Shown here in pieces: positions 1 through 10,400 of a DNA stretch of 64,000 nt. The notes below the pieces were generated by a model. That model was not told the DNA's origin, ran no database searches, and saw only the letters and a program-made list of their open reading frames with translations. Source of the stretch: Elusimicrobiota bacterium (GTDB taxonomy: Bacteria > Elusimicrobiota > Elusimicrobia > F11); NCBI GenBank assembly GCA_003140895.1, contig PLLH01000118.1, forward strand, positions 11,494 through 75,493. The letters run 5' to 3'. A program made the position numbers and the translations under genes. Position 1 is the first letter of the stretch; every line of letters begins with the position of its first letter.

Positions 1-255
1 TCCCCTTTTTTAAGTTGATGGACTTTTTCCGTCACCTTCCCGACTTTCATCACGCTCACTTCCAAAACATCGTTGATGGATGGTTTGGAGGACGGCGTAA
101 AAGGGGATTCCCCGACGCCCGGAATGGTCAGCTCAATAAATTGTCCGGTGCGGAAGGGGACCGGCTGCTCCGGTTTAAACCGAATGGTTTTAATGGTCGG
201 AGTCTCGGCGGTGACTTCCAACACCTCCGCTTTCAGAATCCGATAGGGATTTTTC
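1..255 (-). CDS. FAD/NAD(P)-binding oxidoreductase subunit (ferredoxin-NADP-reductase fold; AsrB/HydG/PyrK-like). Only the N-terminal part is in the window and the gene continues past the window start.
   Basis: Minus-strand ATG at 255..253 overlaps the stop of the upstream gene (ATGA coupling). Translation begins MLEKNPYRILKAEVLEVTAETPTIKTIRFKPEQPVPFRTGQFIELTIPGVGESPFTPSS, a typical FAD-binding beta-barrel of FNR-like electron-transfer subunits. Confidence 0.55.
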
Positions 256-1290
256 TCAAGCATTGGCAACCAGCCTCTTCAAAACTTTTCGGATATCAAT
301 TTTGGCGGGGCAGGCGCTGATGCAGCGGCCGCAACCGGTGCAGGCATACACCTTGAGCACTTTGGGGAAGAAGTCAAACTTCTTTTCAAAACGGTTCCGA
401 AGCCGCATCCATAATCTTTTCCGGGGGTTCGCTCCGCCGGCCACCCGAGCGTAATCTTTAATCATGCAGGAATCCCATACGCGAAGGCGGGCCATCTTTT
501 TATCATCTTTCTGATCGTAGAGAAAGAAACAGTGGCAGGTGGGACAAATATTGGTGCAGGCTCCGCACTCAACACAGGTCTTGGCTTCTTCTTCCCAAAT
601 TTTGGAGGCAAAGTTCCGTTCGATGATTCCTTGAAACTTATCCTCGGTGGGAACCTGAAATTTTTTGAGGTTCTCTTCAACGGCCCGGGTGGTTTTGGCG
701 CGCTGCTCTTCCTTGGCCCGCAACTCGCTTTCGGCGGCATTTTTAAATAAGGAAGGATATTTTTCTAAAAGCGCTTTCCCTTTCTCCGACCCTTCTTCGA
801 CCACGTAACCTCCGGGAACGGTGGAGAGGTTCAAGTCAAAATCCCGATGGGGATAGGGTTTAATTCCAAGGGCGATGCAAAAGCAGGTGTCGATGGCGCA
901 GGTGCAATCGGCGCCAATAATTAGATTTTTCTCCCGGTTGTGGATATAAAAAGGATCTTCGAGACCGTTATTTTTAAAAACGAAATCCTGAATTTGAAAC
1001 CCTTTCAGGTCGCAGGCCTTAACCCCCACGATGGCGTACGGTTTGTGATTTATTTTGGGCGGTTCGGCGGAAAAATTCTCGGCCACGAATTCTCTGGCGC
1101 GAGAGAAAAAAGCTTTGAGCGGTTCGAAGGGCCGGACTTCTCCGACGACAGGGTGGTCATTGGCATTAACGAATTTTTTGAAGAACCGCTGAGAACCGTT
1201 TTTAACGGGGAAGAAAACGTCGAAGTCAAAGGACAACTTGTCCAGAAAGCCGGTGAAATCGGCATCCTTAAGAATAAAACTTTTTCCCAC
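256..1290 (-). CDS. 4Fe-4S dicluster protein, anaerobic sulfite reductase subunit A / sulfhydrogenase beta (AsrA/HydB)-like.
   Basis: 344 aa with two CxxCxxCxxxCP ferredoxin motifs (CVECGACTNICPTC and CTGCGRCISACP). GTG start at 1290 is preceded by AGGAG. Gene is tightly coupled to the downstream FAD-subunit gene. Confidence 0.6.
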   Translation of the reverse strand: MGKSFILKDADFTGFLDKLSFDFDVFFPVKNGSQRFFKKFVNANDHPVVGEVRPFEPLKAFFSRAREFVAENFSAEPPKINHKPYAIVGVKACDLKGFQIQDFVFKNNGLEDPFYIHNREKNLIIGADCTCAIDTCFCIALGIKPYPHRDFDLNLSTVPGGYVVEEGSEKGKALLEKYPSLFKNAAESELRAKEEQRAKTTRAVEENLKKFQVPTEDKFQGIIERNFASKIWEEEAKTCVECGACTNICPTCHCFFLYDQKDDKKMARLRVWDSCMIKDYARVAGGANPRKRLWMRLRNRFEKKFDFFPKVLKVYACTGCGRCISACPAKIDIRKVLKRLVANA

Positions 1291-1361
1291 CCTGATTCTC
1301 CTTTAGGCGGTCAACTATTTAATTTAGGATTTGACGCTGGATTGTTTAGGAATGCACGATG

Positions 1362-1389
1362 TTTATACAAATTTTCGCAATAGCGTCAA
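1362..1389 (-). promoter_or_regulatory. Candidate sigma70-type promoter for the Fe-S/FAD oxidoreductase pair.
   Basis: Minus-strand TTGACG (reverse complement of 1384..1389), a 16-nt spacer, then TATAAA (reverse complement of 1362..1367). It sits about 70 nt upstream of the GTG start in the 129-bp gap after the giant gene. Confidence 0.3.
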
Positions 1390-1419
1390 AAGTTTTCCAT
1401 CTTTTGGAAAAAGGAAAGG

Positions 1420-4400
1420 TTAAGCGGCTTTTAACGTTTGACTGGTTTCGTCGACGGAGCGTTGAACGTCCGGAGCCCAACGGGCCGAGAGAGCTTTGAG
1501 GAGTTCGTCGATCAAGAGATAAATCGTTTCTTTTTGGAGGAAGATTGAATTGGAGTCGAGGCCGTTCCAATTAAAGGCGGGCGCGTTTTGAGATGAAACG
1601 ATATTCATGGATCCATGCGCCTGAATGATTCGCGCGACGATCGGGAATTGAACCGCGTTTTCTCCGAAATACGTTTCCAATGTTTTGAGGCGCCATTCCC
1701 CCCCTTGCAAGGCGCCTGTTTGGTCCCCGTCCACAACGGAAACAAATGCCGGATTCACCAGCCCCCTTAACCGTTCCGCCAAAGCGTTTGTTTGAGCGAC
1801 CAGCGTTGTTGGCGTATGCGGGTCGAGGCTTTTCACGAGTTCTTCGAGGTGGGCTTCCAGGCTTGGATCGACGAAAATGAGAGTTCCACTGTTTTTCCTG
1901 AGCGGATCGGTTCGAAGAGTTTCCCCCAACCCCAGGTTGATCGGCGTCCCTTTCAGCAAGGACTCAAGCACAATTTGAGTGGGTGACATCGGAACCTTGC
2001 GGTTTGAGTTGTTAACCGCGCCGATTCTGTTCATGCAGGATAGTAGTGGTTTCACCAACAGGAATGATCCTACAGGCGTGAGGATGCCCCAAACTATATT
2101 GATCCCACTGAGCAATTTGGAATAAAGAATAGACAGAGAGCGTGCCAGCGGGTTGTAAACCCAATAGAGAGCGCGAGAAACGGAGGGTCGCGTTTCCACG
2201 CGGACCAATGGGATCTCCGGCAGGGAACTCGAGGCGTTCCAGTCAGGATCGAACAGCTTGTCATAGCTTGAATGCCAGTGGTGGTTGTGTCGCGCCCATT
2301 CAATAATTAAGTTGTCAATTTCTGAATAGTTGAGGTGAGGGCCGCCCTTTTGCGCCAAAAGGTCTCCTATGGCTCGCATATCATCCATGGAAAATGGGCT
2401 CATCCCCGGAAGAGGCTTGCCGGTTAATAAGTCTCGCCCATCCATTAGTCTGCCCGTGAGCAAGAGCACGTGATTGGAAAGATTTACGTGGTCTATAATC
2501 ACCGCACCTAAGCAAGCAAAGATGATTGCGCGCGTGAGGAGAGCTGGTTTGTCCTCGATCCCTTTTCCACTAAGCGCGGCAGATTGAGCCAGATGGATTG
2601 GGTTGTTGTAGTCTTTTGGCAACTGATCGGCATACGCGGCGACGCGATAGCCGTGGTCTCTCAATCCCTCTAATTCAAAAATGTGAGCACCTCCACGGAC
2701 AACGACCAACGCTCCAGAAGGATGTTCCCGCTTGTAGTCATCAATTTGATTCATCAATGCCTGGGCCCGTAATTCCAACATCTTGGCTTGGTCCCTTGAA
2801 AAAGATGCATATTCGTCCATGGCTTGATTTAAATGCCCTTGCCGGAAATGGTCAATGGCCAAGAAGTAATGAATTTCCGACAGGAAGTTGAATCGGACTG
2901 TATCTCCTGTTGGTATTTCTTCCAATGTTTGAATGTCACTTATGTTTTTTAAATGTTCATTCATTCGGGATATAAGCGGATTCTTCGGCTCGGCGGAATT
3001 CGGAGTGCGATTATACCAATCGACATATGCGCTCATTCCGGAGGCATTATTGCTGTCCTCAAGCAGGGCGATAAGATCTGGAAATTCAGCGTGGTCCTTC
3101 CATCTCTCGGCAAAATTAAGAAGGGCGTTAATTTCCGTATCCGTCAGCCCTGACTGACTTTGTTCCGCGCGAAACGACTCTCGATTATTTCGATATCTCG
3201 TTCCAAGAACATTCATATCGCGGTCAAAATCGTTGTAAGGACCTCCCCCACTCTCCTGCAAAACAGCGACTGACAGAGCCCCTCGTTTGCGGGCGTCTTT
3301 AATTGCTTCTTCAACGGAAGAGCTCATATGGTCATAGTCACCCTTTCTCCCGTGAGGTCCCAGTACGTAATAAATAAAGTCATGCTGTGGGTTCTGAATG
3401 AAGTAAGTGAGCGATTTCAGGAGAATAGCGATCACGATTGAAAAAATAACTGAACCCGCAATCCAAAAGCCGAGGGTTGGGTTAAGAAATGTAATGACGG
3501 GCCATGACAGAAGGGCGATGGCGGTTGTTAATTCGAAAACCGTGAACCCGTCGCGGGGGCCGGGCTTTTTGTGTGGCGCTTTCTGAATGAAGTTATCCAC
3601 TTCGTCTGTCAGTTTTTGTTGCCGGTTGTGGCGCTTGCGTTTTTCTTTCACGTCTTTCCCACCCATCCGAAGACTGACAATTGAATAGATGAGAACGAGG
3701 CCGAGCAGAATTCCCATGGTAACAACGGCCACAAGGGAGGCGTAAAAATTCGAAGCCAAACTGACGGGGGACCATCCCTGCTTAAAGTAATTGGTCAACC
3801 CGGCGGAGGCAACGATACTCAAGATAACAATCGTTTTGACGGGCCACGAAAGACTGTAGTCTGCTTTGGCGAACCGGTAGAGGAAATAAAAGAAAACAAA
3901 GGTCACAAACCACAGAATGTTGGTGGCGATGTTGATGGGTCCCATCATCCAGGAATTGGAGAGGGTCCCCACCATCAGAAACGTGGCTAGATAACCAATG
4001 AGGAGCAAGGTGGCGGAGAAGGAGAACGAATCTTTTTTCTGGTAGATGCGATCCAAGGACTTGCCGTGGCTATAGCGGCTGATCACCACTCCTAAGAGCA
4101 AATAGCCCAGGATACACAACGGGATGGAGATGATGAGCGTCAATAGGAAAGCCGGTAAGAGATCATTTCCTGCGACTCCAACGCCCCGGCCCAAATTGAG
4201 ACTCCTCTCAATCTCCCTCATGCTCCGGCCTTGCGCCCATAAATTCTGCCCTTGCGCCAAAATCCCAGTGATGGTTGCCCATAGTAGAAGAAGTTTTGTC
4301 GTTTGTCCGCCCAAGTGGGCGCCATCGGCGGGCGAATCGGCGGTTTCGGAAGGACGAGTGAAAACGACCAGGGTGTCAGCGTCTATTTGTTTATCGCGAT

Positions 4401-7400
4401 CAGCGTAGCCGCTAAAGCCTGGGAGAAAGCCACCGAATTTCCCCATGTGCCCAAAGGACAAAGCCCAGCGACCCTCTTTGCCGGCGAGTTCAGTTTGAAG
4501 CAGGGCCACCATGCGTTTGTCCTCCTCTAGGTTAAAGGAGGCGAGGAGTTCAGCCAATTCAATCCGCGCGGGTTTGCTTCTGGCCCCCTGGCCCTGATCG
4601 GACACGACGATTCGCCCCCCCGGTTTCATCAGCGCGGTCAAAACCCCGACGTCCGCCGGAGTCAACCCGATCGGATTCAATTTGCTCCTTGTTTCAAGAT
4701 GAAGGGTCCCGACGCTCCCCGGTTGAATCAGCGTTGGAAGCTGCGCTATGGGGCCAAAGTGAACCTTGACCTTGTCTTCAACGTCAATGACCAGGGCCGC
4801 TTTTTTAAGAAACCGCGCCCATTCCGGTTTGGTGGTAACAAAAACGACTTTGCGGGAACCCTTTTTGATTTCAGGCAAAGTGAAGAGGCCATGGAAGTTT
4901 GAACCGATGTCCAGATAAAGAGAGGCGGAGTTCCCCGGATTTTCGGCGTCATGAAGAAAAGGAGGAGTCTCCGCGGCATCCCACAATTTGTTCATATCTC
5001 GCCGGAGAAGGAGCGCGTCGCTCGTGGCGCGGTAATCCAACAGTTTGTTGGCGAAGGCCGGGTCGCTTTCGGCCCTGGAAAGAATGGCGGGAAAAACGCT
5101 CGGAATTTTGATATCGGGAGTGGATACCTTCGACACCCTTCCCTTCGTGGCCGCTTTTGCGGCGGCCCGAATTCGCGCCTGAAAAACGGTCTTGGCGTAC
5201 TTTTCAGAGAGCTCCGGTATCGATTCGAGAAGAGAAACGAAGAGATCTGAATAATTATGATCGGGGAAACGCAAGCTGAGATAATAATATTGGCTGGCCA
5301 CATCGGCGAAAGAATATCTCGTGCCAGAAGAGATCCCGCGGAGATCTTCTTCCGGGTCGGAGCGCCTTTCCATGAATTGCCTTTGTACTGATTTCCCCAT
5401 CATTGCCAGTTCGTGCTTGAAGTAGGCGTCTCTTTCTTGGGGGTCGGTGGGAATAGTGGAGGCCAACTCGTCCCATCCCTCCGGCTTTTCCAGGCAATCA
5501 AGAAAGACGTTGTATCGCCCGGCCAGAAACAGAACCAAATTCACCAAGGACTGAATGGTTTCCTTGTCCCTTTTCTTTGGAAAAAGAATGACAGTTTGCA
5601 CCCAATCCAACGCGTCATCCTCGAGAATGATTTTTTCCTCTTGAAGGAGTTTTCCTATTTCGTTCCCGATGTTTTCTGCCCATTGGGGCGGATTTCCTTT
5701 GATCTTTTTTGAAATTTCTTTGAGTTGATTCTTAAACTGAGGGAAATCGCCTTGGGCGCCGTCAATTTGGCGTTTGAATTCTTTAAGTGATAAAGAATTT
5801 TTCTCCGCGGAGTTGCTGTCGCTCAACCCCGGCAAGGCAACAGTCGCCCCCAGCATCAAAATTGACCCAATCCACAGACCCAGAAGCGGACTCATCCAGG
5901 TGATTCCGGCCCACGAAAAGAGGCCCATGGCCACGGTGAGTTCGTTCAACGCAAATCCGTTCCGTGAGCCGGGCTTGTTGGGTCGTTCCGATCTCATTGC
6001 CTTCGATTTATTAGCGTTAGCAAGATCGATACGCGACACCATGGGATAGACGCTCGTCTCAACCCCATCAATCGTTTTCTTTTTCGCATGGGGAGGCTGA
6101 GAAGCGTGCTGGAAACCTTCAGAGAGAAAGAACGGGAGATTTTCAATGGATCTCTCCGGGACGGCAAGGATGATTTTTTCATTATTTACATACCGGGCGG
6201 AGTTCTTAACGTTCTCCATCAGGCGGTGGCCCACGCCCAAGCGTCGGTAGTCCGGGTGAACGCCAATTTCCGCTATGGATTCTTTCCCCTCTCCATATCT
6301 AAACGCCACGGCCCCGATGATGTGTCCGGCAATCGTAGCGACCCGGGTCTCGATCTGGGCGTCATGAGCGGGGGAAAAGACGTCTCTTCCGTTGAACCAG
6401 GGACGATCGCTGCTGAACTCATCCCAGAGTATATCGGCCATATCTGATCCATTTGTTTCCATCATCGGTCTTATATGTAAAAAATCCTGGATCAATTTTT
6501 TACGAAAAGCGGGGTAATCGACAATTTGGGATTGTGTTAACTCAAGCGTCTTGTCGAGCAGGATTTTAGAGATTGAGTCGGTGATAAGCTCTGCTCGTCT
6601 CGGGAGCGCGTCAACGACTTCATAAGCAAGGTCTTCAATCGGAAGACGGGCAATCCGCGCGCGATCCGAGGTTGCGTTAAAGAAGGAGCGGCGTTCATAC
6701 TCATTCGGTTTGGGTCCCCAAAGGGAGGAGCGCTCTTTTCTGATGCCTTGTTCGTCATAGGACCAGTTGGGATGTTCTTTGAAAAATACCAGGCGCTCCA
6801 GAATTTGCCTTAACGAATGCGGGTCGAGATCAGGCCGAAGCGCGAATTTCGTCAATAACGTGAGAGAATTGGGGGTATTTGAACGCGCCAACACGTCTTC
6901 AAAGATTTTCCTTTTCCCTTCCTTGTCGGCGGATCTGAAACGCGTCATTTCCGGCGGTTCGGAGTGCTTTGTTATAGGGGTTCTGTCGCTATAATTCATG
7001 TTGGAAGCGTCAAATATCAGATGAGAGATGAGTGCCCAATAAGGCGAAGCGCCGAGGTAGGGAAGAACGGGATAGAGAGCAAAAATAAAAAGGCGAACAA
7101 GATTGATCCAGCGAAGCGGCGGCCCGCGGATGTCGGAGTTGGGGTGAACCCACTCAAAAACGATGTGAGCGGCAAAGAGCGGAATGAGCCACGCGAGCGC
7201 GGCAAAGATTCCATAATTGTTTGTGAGCCACGCCGCCAATGCCCCTTCCCCCGCCGCCCAGATCAGCGAAGCGGCTGAGATGAGCGTATGGGTTGTTTCC
7301 TCGCTGAACTTGGCTGAGATCCAGTCGTGAATCGCCGGAAGCGTGAGGATGAAGTAGATGAAAGATAAAGGGACTGTCCCTTGAGAACCGGACCCATTGA

Positions 7401-10400
7401 CACGGCCAAGCGTTCGTGTTTGGACGATGGTGATGGTCCAATGGCCAGGCTGCTGCGGGTCGGCTGTTATGACGACTTCGATGTCCCGGGGATTTTTTGC
7501 TTGAGCCTCCGTTTGCTGGCCGATCTCGCAGAGGGACCGGATCAAGCGATTCGCGTCGGGAAGTTTTAAAAATTCCTTCGTAACGGGAATGGTTTTTGTG
7601 CCGCCGGTTTTGGAGAGAACCGAGCAGCGTTTTTTATTTCCCGGAGATTTTTCGACAATCCTGTTGCGCGTCTTATCCCAGATGATCTGGGTTGGAGATC
7701 CGGCAAATCGGTTGTCATCTCCAACCAGCGATTCCCCCAAGCCCTGAACGGCCTCGATCACCAGATGGCTGGGTTCATTCAGGGCCACATCCGAAGTATG
7801 GATGACACATGAAAAATCCGCCGGTAAAGACGGAACAAGCCAGGCCGCCGGGAAAACGGTCGTTTCATTAATCTGATACTTTCGTCTATTCTCGAAGGCC
7901 TCGTCGGTCCAAACCGAGGCCATCACCTTTTTAATGGCGGGCCAGAAGGCGCGCTTTCCAACAATGTGCGGGATGGTGAGATAAATCCCCGCTCCAACAC
8001 CCGGATATTTTTCAAGATCCTGGGCGTTTGTTGAATCTCGGACAAAAGTCCCTTTTTCCCATTGGGGGTGTCCTTCCGCCTGTTCTAGCGTGGTCCAAAA
8101 CCGAGGGGCCAGGGCGTTTGTGTTTAATCCCATTATAAGACGTCTTATTTTTTTAAGTGTTTGAGCAGCCTGGAGTCCTTCGGCTCCGGTGAGTGATTGA
8201 ATCAGTTTTTTGAAATCAGCATAAACTCCGTTTTTCTTTAGAAGGTGGATAAAGGTTCTATAGGGGATTCCCACTCCTTTGGCGAACTCCGGGTGAATAC
8301 GGGGATCGGACAAGCGAGGGGAGTGGAGGGAGAGACGATTGACTTGAGCCGGTTTGTTGCCGACGACATTGGGCCGGACCATCTCGGGATCATTTGGGGC
8401 GAGGAAATAGTTGTCGCCTTCCAGCGTGACGGAGGGCAGTTGAACTTTGATGCGCCGGGGTTTTGAAATCCGGGGAAGATCGGATTTCGTCGCTTTTCGA
8501 ATGGAGGCGGACCGGTTTGTCACAGTGAGCACAACCATCTGGCCGTCGAGAGACCTTAGTAATTCCGGCCCGGGCCAAACGGCGAGAGGAATATTGTCGG
8601 CCAGAGCGCGCGCCCGGGCGTGTGAGGTTTTTCCCTCATTGATAAAAGTGACGATGCCGTTAAAACGGCCTTCGATATCGACGTAAGACTTTGGCAGAAA
8701 CTTCATGGCCACGATAGAGTTGCTTGGAACCCTCTTCAGGGCGGAAAGGGAAGGCTCTTCCCCCTTTATAATTTGAAGCTTCCCAACTCCTGTACCGGCG
8801 AATTCGGGGGTTGGTTTTTTAACCCGCTGGGGAGCGTAAGAGGTCGGTTGAGCGAATATTTGTGAAGCCTGTTTCCCCTCTGGTTGGAGTTTTTTTGAGA
8901 GGGTATTGATCTCCTCCATTGTTTCCCGCAATTTTTCTGCATAATCATTTGGGCAGTAGCGTTTCTGTAAAAAATCAGCTATTTGTTCGCCGAGTTTCGT
9001 TAAGAGAGTTTCATCGTCTATGGCCGAAAGAATTATTTTGCTGTTGTTTGGGTTAAGATAGCCGAATAAACCGGCAATCCCGCTTAAATTGTACTGAACC
9101 AGGTAGGTGTCTCCCTTAAATGTCATGGGCGCGTTTCTATTTTTGAGAGCCAATCCGCGTTTCACAATTGCGCCGAACAAGTCCATCTCCATCTTCCCGG
9201 ACTGAACTGTCGATTCCCATCGTTCGTGATTTCCCTTGACGCAGGCGAGGATCGTCGCCGCCAGATCCGGGTACCAGTAATATATGGCCCGCAAGGTGTT
9301 GGCGGCCGAGTCAAAAACGGGGTGATTGAGAATAAAAATATCGCCGATGCCCTGGATACTGTTTCCTTCTTTTGAGAATGGGAGAGTAGACTCGAAAATG
9401 TGCTCAACTAATTCTTTCTCGTAGTCCGGCTTTGGCCATTTTGGATTCCAATGTTTCGGGCCGGTTTTTTTCGGATTTGAAAGGGAAAGCTCCGTGCGGC
9501 CAAGATTGGCGAGCAATAGAATTTGGAAGAACTTCCTTAGCGTTTGGAGAACAGCGGGCGGCGCGCGGCCTGGGTAGTTTTCCCCCCACTGAACCAGCCC
9601 GTCGTTGGTGTAGTGGGCGAGAACAAGAAGGACGCTGGCGATCGAAAGTGGAAGCCATGGGTTCCAATCAATGGCGAGGCCGAGAACGCTCAAAATCCCG
9701 AAGGAGATGAAAAACACCTTTCGGAGCTGGTTGACGGCCGCGGCGCGGTTCTGAGAAATTAACTTTAATTCCTCAGCACTTAGCGTTTCCCGCTCCCCTC
9801 GCGTCACGGTATGAAGCCAGACGAAAAATGATTTATTGACCCACAAGCCGAGGATGAACAGAGAAGTTGACGCGACGGCGACAAGAACAGATGACAGTAA
9901 CGATAGAGACGTGGGGCCATAAACGCCGAGTGACCAAAGTAACCCCGTAAGAGGAAGGCCCAGTGGGATCACGCCGAAGACAAGGGACTCCAGGCCCGCC
10001 AGATAGTGGCGGTAGGGCCCCCATTTGAACAGGCTGAGTTCGCTCTCCGGCATCGACGTTGCCGATAGTTGGGCCATGACCGCGGCATGCTTAGCCTTAG
10101 TGATGGCCTGCTGGCGGTCGGCGAAATTGTCGAGCAGCGCTTGTTCTCCCATGAGTGTTGGGTGGGCCGCCACTTCTTCAAGAAGGGTATCAATCGACTC
10201 TGGGATGGCCGTCTCCCTTAAAATCTCAAGGATGGATTCGCCCATGCTTTTGTCATCAATCATCTCAGCCATAAAGCCTATACCCTGTACACCAGCCGTA
10301 TTCCCAATATGGTGATCGACAAGAGGAGGCCTTTCAAAGACGACTTTCCCTGCTCTCACTCGTTCTGTGGCGTAGGACATCATTGCATTGAGATCGTCGG

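Noticed and set aside
15-320. 101-aa plus-strand ORF at the window start
   Set aside because: Antisense to the FAD-subunit and Fe-S genes, which carry clear cofactor motifs.
7017-7441. Alternative-frame ORFs (MESLPRSRGS... and MDHHHRPNTN...) recurring at 12315..12578, which could look like a small IS or duplicated gene
   Set aside because: They are by-products of the 327-bp direct repeat inside the giant ORF. The main frame is continuous and codes for a conserved TM module in both copies. There are no transposase motifs or inverted repeats.
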